This document shows, one piece after another, positions 1 to 5,656 of a stretch of DNA of 10,411 nt. Under the pieces are notes generated by a model that worked only from the letters and a program-made list of their open reading frames with translations, made no database searches and was not told the DNA's origin. This DNA is from a virus (lineage: Duplodnaviria > Heunggongvirae > Uroviricota > Caudoviricetes), in the IMG/VR virus record IMGVR_UViG_2703718789_000003, positions 1 through 10,411 of that record; one strand, 5' to 3'. A program made the position numbers and the translations under genes. How positions within the stretch are numbered: position 1 is the first letter of the stretch; each line of letters begins with the position of its first letter.

Positions 1-275
1 TCAGAACGCTCGGTTGCCGCCGGGCGTTTTTTATTGGTGAGTCCATCAAGCGCATACTTAAAAGCCCTGCTAATCGGACTGATGTCTGATGCCATTCCGA
101 AAGCACACAAGACCGAAGCAATAAATCTCCAGTCCGTTCTGCTTATCTTCGATTCATGACAGCCAATCATCTTTGCCAGACCGCGCTGGGTAAGCGTTGA
201 CAGGTTGATAAGTAAATCTGTTTCTGCGCGATCAACGTCGCGCTGTGATAGTTTGCTGTAACTTGTTTGTTCCAT
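1..275 (-). CDS. cII: CII-like transcriptional activator, partial (C-terminal end lies beyond window start)
   Basis: Minus-strand translation from ATG (revcomp of 273-275) gives MEQTSYSKLSQRDVDRAETDLLINLSTLTQRGLAKMIGCHESKISRTDWRF...LTNKKRPAATERSE; the C-terminal stretch TNKKRPAATERSE matches lambda CII as I recall it; open to the window edge, which is why it is absent from the ORF track. Confidence 0.7.
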   Translation of the reverse strand, partial: MEQTSYSKLSQRDVDRAETDLLINLSTLTQRGLAKMIGCHESKISRTDWRFIASVLCAFGMASDISPISRAFKYALDGLTNKKRPAATERS

Positions 276-286
276 TTCTTACTATT
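253..286 (+). promoter_or_regulatory. Candidate CII-dependent pRE-like promoter (TTGC-N6-TTGT with TACTAT -10), reading toward cro antisense and cI
   Basis: TTGC at 253-256, six nt, TTGT at 263-266, overlapping the first codons of the cII-like gene on the other strand; -10-like TACTAT at 280-285; same position and geometry as lambda pRE. Confidence 0.25.
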
Positions 287-394
287 TCCATAGGTAAATA
301 ATTTGGTTTTTTATTGTGCACCATTGACAGTCATCCATGACCACGCCGGGCACCCGACCGTATACCGGGCCGTTCGGTATAAAAATTTGCTTTA

Positions 395-625
395 TTAAGC
401 TGCTTTGTTCGGATTGGGGAACAAAGCGGATAAATCAGGGCGAATCAGGTATGCAGGGACGCTTCCATTGGTAGCCATTTCAATGCGCTTGGCATTTTCA
501 GCGGATACCCTTTTCTTCCCATGCAACCAAGCCCATACAGACGGCTGCTTAACACCGCAGGCATCAGCTAACTTTTGCTGACTTCCTACTGAGTCAATAG
601 CCGCTTTAATAGCCTTGTTGACCAT
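395..625 (-). CDS. Cro-like small HTH regulator (Cro/YdaS family), 76 aa
   Basis: ORF track 395..667(-); I prefer the internal start MVNKAIKAAIDSVGSQQKLADACGVKQPSVWAWL... at 625 because an AGGAG Shine-Dalgarno lies 9 nt upstream on the minus strand (revcomp of 635-639); HTH-like core QQKLADACGVKQPSVWAW; diverges from cI across an operator region. Confidence 0.7.
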   Translation of the reverse strand: MVNKAIKAAIDSVGSQQKLADACGVKQPSVWAWLHGKKRVSAENAKRIEMATNGSVPAYLIRPDLSALFPNPNKAA

Positions 626-656
626 AAAAATAACTCCTGCTGAATTCACAATTAGG

Positions 657-685
657 ATAATAGCCAAAGCTATTCAGAAAGTAAA
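657..685 (-). promoter_or_regulatory. PR-like sigma70 promoter for the cro-like gene (TTTACT -17- TATTAT on minus strand)
   Basis: Minus-strand -35 TTTACT (revcomp of 680-685) and -10 TATTAT (revcomp of 657-662), 17-nt spacer; overlapped by operators at 659-674 and 684-699. Confidence 0.45.
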
Positions 686-723
686 TAGCTTTAGGTATTT
701 GACTAATAATAGCTGTAGCTATA
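659..723. promoter_or_regulatory. OR-like tripartite operator array: AATAGCcaaaGCTATT (659-674), AATAGCtttaGGTATT (684-699), AATAGCtgtaGCTATA (708-723)
   Basis: Three 16-bp inverted repeats with 6-4-6 geometry, centre-to-centre about 25 and 24 bp, lying between the divergent cro-like and cI-like genes and overlapping the candidate promoters. Confidence 0.6.
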
Positions 724-725
724 GG
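699..725 (+). promoter_or_regulatory. PRM-like promoter for cI (TTGACT -15- TATAGG), possibly giving a leaderless or near-leaderless cI mRNA
   Basis: TTGACT at 699-704 and TATAGG at 720-725, 8-13 nt before the cI ATG at 734, with no good SD; third operator overlaps the -10 and second operator abuts the -35. Confidence 0.3.
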
Positions 726-733
726 TTGTACGA

Positions 734-1465
734 ATGAAACTAGATACTTTTTCTCAAAGGCTTACATACGCGATGGATCAGGCTGGGTTTACTCAGGCTT
801 CTCTTGGCAATGCTGTTGGCATGTCTCAGCCAAGCGTCTGGAAACTTACGTCTGGAAAAACACGCAATACGCGCAAACTTTTTGAAATATCAAAAGTGCT
901 TGGAGTTCGTACGGAATGGCTTTCCGATGGAACTGGGCCAATGCGTGATGAGGGAGTTGAACCTTATAATCCAAAATCTTCTATTCCCCATGAAAGCACG
1001 TGGGGATATTTGGACCCATGGGATGGAGGAACGCCTTTAAGAGGTGATGAAGTTGAAATTCCTTACCTTAAAGATATTGAGTTTGCATGCGGGGATGGTC
1101 GGGTGATTGATGAAGATCACAACGGCTTTATGTTGCGCTTCTCCAAATCAACCCTTCGCAGAGTTGGCGCGAACAGTGATGGAAGCGGGGTTGTTTGTTT
1201 TCCGGCTCGTGGCAACAGCATGGAGCCAAACATTCCTGATGGAACAACAGTTGCTGTTAACACCAACGATAAGAAAATAGTTGACGGAAAGATTTACGCC
1301 ATTAACGAGAACGGCTGGAAACGCATTAAGATTCTCTTTCGGTCAGGGCCTGACAAGGTAAGCATTAGAAGCTTTAACTCACTGGAATACCCACAAGAAG
1401 AAAAGAATCTAAGCGATATCGAGATCATCGGAAGAATCTTCTGGTGGTCTGTAGTTGACTACTAA
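734..1465 (+). CDS. CI-like prophage repressor: N-terminal XRE-type HTH plus C-terminal S24 (LexA/UmuD-like) autopeptidase domain
   Basis: 243-aa ORF; HTH-like region QRLTYAMDQAGFTQASLGNAVGMSQPSVWKL; C-terminal GNSMEP (catalytic Ser motif) and downstream Lys (GWKRIKIL) typical of S24 peptidases; divergent from the cro-like gene across the operators. Confidence 0.85.
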   Translation: MKLDTFSQRLTYAMDQAGFTQASLGNAVGMSQPSVWKLTSGKTRNTRKLFEISKVLGVRTEWLSDGTGPMRDEGVEPYNPKSSIPHESTWGYLDPWDGGTPLRGDEVEIPYLKDIEFACGDGRVIDEDHNGFMLRFSKSTLRRVGANSDGSGVVCFPARGNSMEPNIPDGTTVAVNTNDKKIVDGKIYAINENGWKRIKILFRSGPDKVSIRSFNSLEYPQEEKNLSDIEIIGRIFWWSVVDY

Positions 1466-1482
1466 CCTCATCACACCACAAC

Positions 1483-1507
1483 AAACCCGCTTTTTGCGGG
1501 TTTTTTA
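1483..1507 (+). terminator. Rho-independent terminator after cI (stem AAACCCGC/GCGGGTTT, loop TTTTT, then T-run)
   Basis: Perfect 8-bp inverted repeat at 1483-1503 followed by TTTTTT; A-rich upstream so it could act in both directions. Confidence 0.65.
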
Positions 1508-1604
1508 TTGCCCAAAAAACACCAAATCTCACATACAAGAAAAATAAATTACATTAGATATCAATGACTAAATAACCAAAGGAGTTATTTTATAACTATA
1601 GCTA

Positions 1605-1633
1605 TTTACAGCAATAATAGCTTTGGATATAGT
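1605..1633 (+). promoter_or_regulatory. pL-like sigma70 promoter (TTTACA -17- TATAGT) overlapped by an OL-type operator AATAGCtttgGATATA (1616-1631)
   Basis: Near-consensus -35 and -10 hexamers with 17-nt spacer; operator half-site identical to the OR operators; a second degenerate site (ATAGCTAT core, 1597-1604) overlaps the -35. Confidence 0.45.
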
Positions 1634-1729
1634 TAAGCCATGTCGAACGGCGCGACATTAAACCATGCGTCGGGAGCGCGGCGGGTTCAGGATGAACGGC
1701 AATGCTGCTCACTACAAAAGAACATTTCC

Positions 1730-1762
1730 ATAACTTGATAGTTATTAAAGTGTTTTTATATA
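1730..1762 (+). promoter_or_regulatory. Second promoter-like element (TTGATA -16- TATATA) overlapped by a perfect 16-bp palindrome ATAACTtgatAGTTAT (1730-1745) of different sequence from the cI operators
   Basis: Hexamers at 1735-1740 and 1757-1762; palindrome has the same 6-4-6 geometry as the operators but different half-sites. Confidence 0.25.
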
Positions 1763-1840
1763 CGGGGTTAGCGATCTCGTGACACAAACCATTTACGCGG
1801 CAGGCTACCGGAAATCAAAACAATTGACGGCGAGGTAATT

Positions 1841-2203
1841 ATGGGTCAGGAAGAAAAATATGAGCTTAAAAAGCTCATTGAAGAAGACGCCATAGAAGAA
1901 ATTGCAGCATTAACAACAGCTATAAAGAATATTAGGTATGCGCTAAATACGCTTATCTCCTCATGCGACAAAAATAGCAGGGAATTTTTGATACTTGGCG
2001 CAGCTCTAGGAATAGTTGATGCGGCAACGCTTCACCTAATTACTCATGACGATATTCTTATTGAGCCGTATGAAACATTACTGCTTGTCAGGCAAAAAAT
2101 GGCTGATGCCGCAGCAAATGGAGACCTTCAACTTTACATCGACTTAAGGAAAGTATTAAGGCGAATGGTCAGAACTGAAGGAGATATCACCCTGACAAAA
2201 TAA
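1841..2203 (+). CDS. Hypothetical protein, 120 aa, first gene downstream of pL (N position) but with no arginine-rich motif
   Basis: ORF with GAGGT SD 6 nt upstream of ATG; acidic helical N-terminus MGQEEKYELKKLIEEDAIEE; AT-rich by eye; no family recognised. Confidence 0.5.
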   Translation: MGQEEKYELKKLIEEDAIEEIAALTTAIKNIRYALNTLISSCDKNSREFLILGAALGIVDAATLHLITHDDILIEPYETLLLVRQKMADAAANGDLQLYIDLRKVLRRMVRTEGDITLTK

Positions 2204-2383
2204 GGGGGTGAGAGGATTTTACTATTTTTCTCGCTGTAGGGGTACACGAGAACCACCGAGCCTGATGTGGTTAAAAGACAGGCACAATCTTTACTACCGC
2301 AAGCCACGCAGTGAAATGGGTGTAACTTGTGTTGGTCGCCAGAAAATGAAATTAGGCAGCAAACCACTTATTTGAGGTGAGAT

Positions 2384-2854
2384 ATGACAAAATCATGGAG
2401 CGTACCTTTTCCTGAATCAGAAACTGAACATGATGGAATGCCTGTTTTCTGGAGATTCCAGGCGACAGTTGAAGAAGATGGGATAAAAATATTCGCACTT
2501 CAATATATAGCTTTTCATCAGACAGAGCATTATGCATGGTTGGTTCCTGCGCATTGGATTGTTAATTTTAAACCAGCACCAAATCAGTGGTTACAGGAAT
2601 GGAAACAAAGGAGAAATAGATATGCAATTAAGAAAGTAGCAAAAAATGCAGAAAGATCTTTTGCATTCCCAACGAAGAAACTTGCCATTGAAAGTTTATT
2701 GCGCCGGAAGAAATACCATTTAATGAGAATCAAACAAGATTTGGCTGTTGTATCAACTCTTGTTGATGGGATGAAGAATATTGATACATCAATACCAGAT
2801 ATTGAATATAACTTTGGACACAACCAAGAAACAGAAAATTGGGTATTTTATTAG
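2384..2854 (+). CDS. Hypothetical protein, 156 aa, Trp-rich, AT-rich coding sequence
   Basis: ORF with GAGGTGA SD 5 nt upstream of ATG; no family recognised; occupies the ral/sieB-equivalent position between the pL-proximal gene and cIII. Confidence 0.55.
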   Translation: MTKSWSVPFPESETEHDGMPVFWRFQATVEEDGIKIFALQYIAFHQTEHYAWLVPAHWIVNFKPAPNQWLQEWKQRRNRYAIKKVAKNAERSFAFPTKKLAIESLLRRKKYHLMRIKQDLAVVSTLVDGMKNIDTSIPDIEYNFGHNQETENWVFY

Positions 2855-2959
2855 TACGAATAAGCACTGTGTATTCATTCCAGCGAGTGAATACACGGAG
2901 CAATGTCGCTCGTAACTAAACAGGAGCCGACTTGTTCTGATTATTGGAAATCTTCTTTG

Positions 2960-2982
2960 CCCTCCAGTGTGAGGGACTTTTT
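2960..2982 (+). terminator. Intrinsic terminator-like hairpin (CCCTC/GAGGG, 6-nt loop) followed by TTTTT
   Basis: Stem 2960-2964 with 2971-2975, T-run 2978-2982; lies upstream of cIII like a tL-type terminator. Confidence 0.4.
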
Positions 2983-2995
2983 ATATGCATACCAA

Positions 2996-3019
2996 TAACG
3001 CTTCACTCGAGGCGTTTTT
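2996..3019 (+). terminator. Second weaker terminator-like hairpin (AACGC...GCGTT) followed by TTTTT
   Basis: 5-bp stem 2997-3001 with 3012-3016, 10-nt loop, T-run 3015-3019. Confidence 0.3.
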
Positions 3020-3045
3020 CGTTATGTATAAATAAGGAGCACACC

Positions 3046-3186
3046 ATGCAATATGCCATTGCAGGGTGGCCTGTTGCTGGCTGCCCTTCCGAATCTTTAC
3101 TTGAGCGAATCACCCGTAAATTACGTGACGGATGGAAACGCCTTATCGACATACTTAATCAGCCAGGAGTTCCAAAAAATGGATAA
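3046..3186 (+). CDS. cIII: CIII (FtsH/HflB inhibitor that stabilises CII), 46 aa
   Basis: MQYAIAGWPVAGCPSESLLERITRKLRDGWKRLIDILNQPGVPKNG is nearly identical to lambda CIII as I recall it, but ends 8 residues earlier; AAGGAG SD 6 nt upstream of ATG 3046; the ORF-track entry 2944..3186 is an upstream in-frame extension. Confidence 0.85.
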   Translation: MQYAIAGWPVAGCPSESLLERITRKLRDGWKRLIDILNQPGVPKNG

Positions 3187-3292
3187 AACACTTATGGCTA
3201 TCCAGACTAAATTCACTATCGCCACTTTTATTGGCGATGAAAAGATGTTTCGTGAAGCCGTAGAAGCCTACAGAAAATGGAGGTCAAAATGA
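3179..3292 (+). CDS. kil: Kil-like small protein (lambda Kil is an FtsZ-targeting host-killing protein), 37 aa
   Basis: MDKTLMAIQTKFTIATFIGDEKMFREAVEAYRKWRSK resembles my recollection of lambda Kil; AGGAG at 3165-3169; starts 8 nt before the cIII stop as in lambda; sits inside ORF-track entry 3053..3292. Confidence 0.5.
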   Translation: MDKTLMAIQTKFTIATFIGDEKMFREAVEAYRKWRSK

Positions 3293-3477
3293 TTCCGGTA
3301 GAACTGGCGAAAACCCCAGAGTTAAGTCGATTAAAAAGAGAGTATCACATTGCTGAGGCTCGTTACTGGCGTAAAGCGGGAGATAAATCAAAGAAACAAC
3401 TTTGCTTATGGCAGGCACAAAGAGAGCGCATGAATGAGCGCGAATTTCTTTCCTCCCCATCCGAATTACCATTCTGA
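3289..3477 (+). CDS. Hypothetical small basic protein, 62 aa
   Basis: GGAGG SD at 3279-3283, ATG 3289 overlapping the kil stop (ATGA coupling); MIPVELAKTPELSRLKREYHIAEARYWRK...; no family recognised. Confidence 0.45.
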   Translation: MIPVELAKTPELSRLKREYHIAEARYWRKAGDKSKKQLCLWQAQRERMNEREFLSSPSELPF

Positions 3478-3485
3478 GGTGAATT

Positions 3486-4142
3486 ATGGGTACTGCGACA
3501 TTAATACTCGGTGAGTCTGGCACCGGAAAATCAACCAGTTTAAGAAACTTACCACCAGAAAAAACATTAATCATACAGTGCATAAACAAACCGCTACCAT
3601 TCCCATCAAGTGATTGGGTTAAAATAAGCAAGGAAAACAATAACGGGAACATATACAGAACAGATAATACTGAAAATATTGTAAGGGCACTAATTAATGC
3701 TCCGCATGAAATTGTAGTTATTGATGATTATCAGGCTGTGATGGTTAACGAACTAATGGGTAAATGCAATGAGAGAGGATATGACAAATTTACCTCGATA
3801 GGGAAAAACGCATGGGATGTGTTCAGGGCTGCTGGTGAAGGTGCAGACACTCGGAGAGTTTATATTCTGGCACACACGCAAACTGATGATTTTGGCTATA
3901 CACGAATGAAAACCGTCGGAAAACTAGTCGATTCGACACTTGTTCCTGAAGGTTATTTCACTATCGTGTTAAGAACTCACGTACAGAACGGAAAATACTC
4001 ATTTTCCACCCAGACAAACGGGAGTGATTGTTGTAAAAGTCCGGTTGGGATGTTTGATAGTCAGTTTATTGATAATGATTTGTACGAAGTAGATAAAAAA
4101 ATATGCTCTTACTATGGGTTTGAAAAAAATGAGACGTCTTGA
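3486..4142 (+). CDS. P-loop ATPase, Sak4-like / AAA_24-type (RecA-core-only recombination ATPase of phages)
   Basis: Walker A GESGTGKST at residues 9-17, Walker B-like hhhhDD (EIVVIDD) about 65 residues later, conserved-looking YILAHTQ segment; lies where lambda has exo/bet/gam; GAGGTGA SD. Confidence 0.6.
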   Translation: MGTATLILGESGTGKSTSLRNLPPEKTLIIQCINKPLPFPSSDWVKISKENNNGNIYRTDNTENIVRALINAPHEIVVIDDYQAVMVNELMGKCNERGYDKFTSIGKNAWDVFRAAGEGADTRRVYILAHTQTDDFGYTRMKTVGKLVDSTLVPEGYFTIVLRTHVQNGKYSFSTQTNGSDCCKSPVGMFDSQFIDNDLYEVDKKICSYYGFEKNETS

Positions 4143-4734
4143 GGTATCCGGCGAGAGATTTGGCAATTTAGTTGTTATTGGTGATGCAGGAATGCGTGGT
4201 ACTCAAAGGTTGGTAAACTGTGTGTGTGACTGCGGAGTAGTTTGTGTTAAACAGCTTGGCAACCTCCGTTCAGGGCACACAAGAAGTTGTGGTTGCTCAC
4301 GCTCATCTACAACAAAAGCAAGAAAAAACAAACATGGCATGTATGGAACACCAACATACAAGTCATGGTCTTCAATCTTAACAAGATGCTTCAATGAAAG
4401 AAATAGTAAATACAAACACTATGGAGGAAGAGGAATAACTGTTTGTGAACGGTGGCTGAACTTTAAATTATTTTTCGCTGATATGGGAAAAAGACCTGAC
4501 GGAACTACATTGGGAAGAATTGATAACAATGGTAATTACGAACCATCAAATTGCGAATGGCAGAAAAGTATCGAGCAAGCAAGAAATAAGAGTAATACCG
4601 TATTATTTAAATTCAATGGAGTGCTGGCAACAATTTCAGAGCACTGCGAAAAAACTGGATTAAACCCAAGCACGGTAAGAAGCAGGATTTACACATATCA
4701 TTGGTCTGTAGACAAGGCCTTATCAAAAGGATAA
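4129..4734 (+). CDS. HNH-like (HNH_3-type) Cys-rich putative nuclease / DNA-binding protein
   Basis: Cys cluster CVCDCG...SCGC followed by YKSW...YGGRGITVCERW...GRIDNNGNYEPSNCEW, a pattern I associate with phage proteins annotated as HNH endonucleases; start uncertain (ATG 4114 or 4129, neither with a strong SD); overlaps the end of the ATPase gene. Confidence 0.5.
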   Translation: MRRLEVSGERFGNLVVIGDAGMRGTQRLVNCVCDCGVVCVKQLGNLRSGHTRSCGCSRSSTTKARKNKHGMYGTPTYKSWSSILTRCFNERNSKYKHYGGRGITVCERWLNFKLFFADMGKRPDGTTLGRIDNNGNYEPSNCEWQKSIEQARNKSNTVLFKFNGVLATISEHCEKTGLNPSTVRSRIYTYHWSVDKALSKG

Positions 4735-4738
4735 AAGC

Positions 4739-5326
4739 ATGAGCAACGTAATTTTTACTTATAACGAAGAAGCAGCACTGACCGCAGGGCAAGGTGGTTT
4801 TATTAACGAAACTGGCGCTCACATAATTACCATTACTGAAGCAGAACTCAAGCAATCAGAAAAAGGAGCCAAATTTATTGAGTTTTCTGGAGAATCCGAC
4901 GACGGACGTAAAATCCAGTATCTTAGCGTCTGTGTTCAGAAAAATGACGGCACGGAAAACAAATTTGGCGCAAATGTCGTTCACGCCATGATGGGGTGTG
5001 CCGGGATTGGACAATTAACGCAACATATGGTTTCCGCCAGTAAATTTGTTGCACCTGAATTTCATGGAAAGAAAATCGGGTTAGTGCTCCAGAAAGTATT
5101 AACCACAAACAAAAAGACTGGCGCAGACAGCTACCAGATGGAAATACGCATCCCGTTTATTGCACAAACAGGTCAAACCCTTAAAGAAAAGGCAGAAGGC
5201 AAGCAACCAGAAACTATCGCCAACATGGTTGCCAGCCTCAAAGATAAAGACAATCGCTCTAAAAACGTAAGCCATAATCATGCAGATGATTATGGTTACA
5301 GCCAGAACGATTACCCTCCTTTCTGA
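4739..5326 (+). CDS. Possible ssDNA-binding protein (SSB/gp2.5-like acidic-aromatic C-terminal tail); function uncertain
   Basis: 195-aa ORF ending ...HADDYGYSQNDYPPF, reminiscent of the SSB C-terminal DDDIPF tail; Sak4-type ATPases are commonly encoded near an SSB; the N-terminal region is not recognisably an OB-fold SSB by eye. Confidence 0.35.
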   Translation: MSNVIFTYNEEAALTAGQGGFINETGAHIITITEAELKQSEKGAKFIEFSGESDDGRKIQYLSVCVQKNDGTENKFGANVVHAMMGCAGIGQLTQHMVSASKFVAPEFHGKKIGLVLQKVLTTNKKTGADSYQMEIRIPFIAQTGQTLKEKAEGKQPETIANMVASLKDKDNRSKNVSHNHADDYGYSQNDYPPF

Positions 5327-5349
5327 TTACTGAAAATAAGGCTCCCATT

Positions 5350-5646
5350 ATGCCAGCGCCTCTGTATGGTGCGGATGACCCGCGCAACTGCTCCGGTAGC
5401 TCCAAGGCGGAGGTGCTGGAAAATATCAAAAACAATTTCGACGCGTTTCTTGCTCTGACACCAGAAACAAAAGCAGAACGGATGTACCGACGCGATATAC
5501 AACTCGCGCTAAAACAGGAGAAGGACCGAACAAACGAAACAGCAATGAGACCGTTGCGAAAAGCGACAATAGACAAATTCCCTGAATATATCGACCCGCG
5601 CCTGCGTAATTACCGCTCACGCTATGGCGCTATCAGTAATGACTGA
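5350..5646 (+). CDS. Hypothetical protein, 98 aa
   Basis: ORF in the same operon and strand; no motif recognised. Confidence 0.45.
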   Translation: MPAPLYGADDPRNCSGSSKAEVLENIKNNFDAFLALTPETKAERMYRRDIQLALKQEKDRTNETAMRPLRKATIDKFPEYIDPRLRNYRSRYGAISND

Positions 5647-5656
5647 GGAATTTACC

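Noticed and set aside
395-667. Full 90-aa ORF-track version of the cro-like gene starting at 667
   Set aside because: The extension MAIILIVNSAGVIF has no SD and would run into the operator/promoter region; the internal ATG at 625 has a strong AGGAG SD.
804-1040. 78-aa plus-strand ORF inside cI in an alternative frame
   Set aside because: It lies entirely within the well-supported cI-like coding sequence with no independent signals.
1602-1787. 61-aa minus-strand ORF across the pL leader
   Set aside because: It is antisense to the promoter/leader region, with no SD and no plausible promoter; more likely chance.
1841-2203. Calling the pL-proximal 120-aa ORF an N antiterminator because of its position
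   Set aside because: It has no arginine-rich N-terminal motif (its N-terminus is acidic, EEKYELKKLIEEDAIEE) and no recognisable boxA/boxB nut site upstream; position alone is not enough.
2204-2383. The 180-bp intergenic region between the two island genes as an ncRNA or promoter
   Set aside because: It contains only weak inverted repeats (AACCAC-N10-GTGGTT) and no convincing -35/-10 pair or terminator; too little evidence to call.
2134-2537. Minus-strand ORFs 2134..2367 and 2352..2537
   Set aside because: They overlap the ends and starts of plus-strand genes and the intergenic region, are Cys/Leu-rich in a way typical of antisense AT-rich frames, and have no SD.
2944-3186. 80-aa ORF-track version of cIII starting at 2944
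   Set aside because: The upstream extension spans two terminator-like hairpins and lacks an SD; ATG 3046 with AAGGAG gives the CIII sequence recalled from lambda.
3053-3292. 79-aa ORF overlapping cIII in another frame
   Set aside because: Only the distal part (from ATG 3179) looks like a real Kil-like gene with an SD; the upstream part is the cIII region read out of frame.
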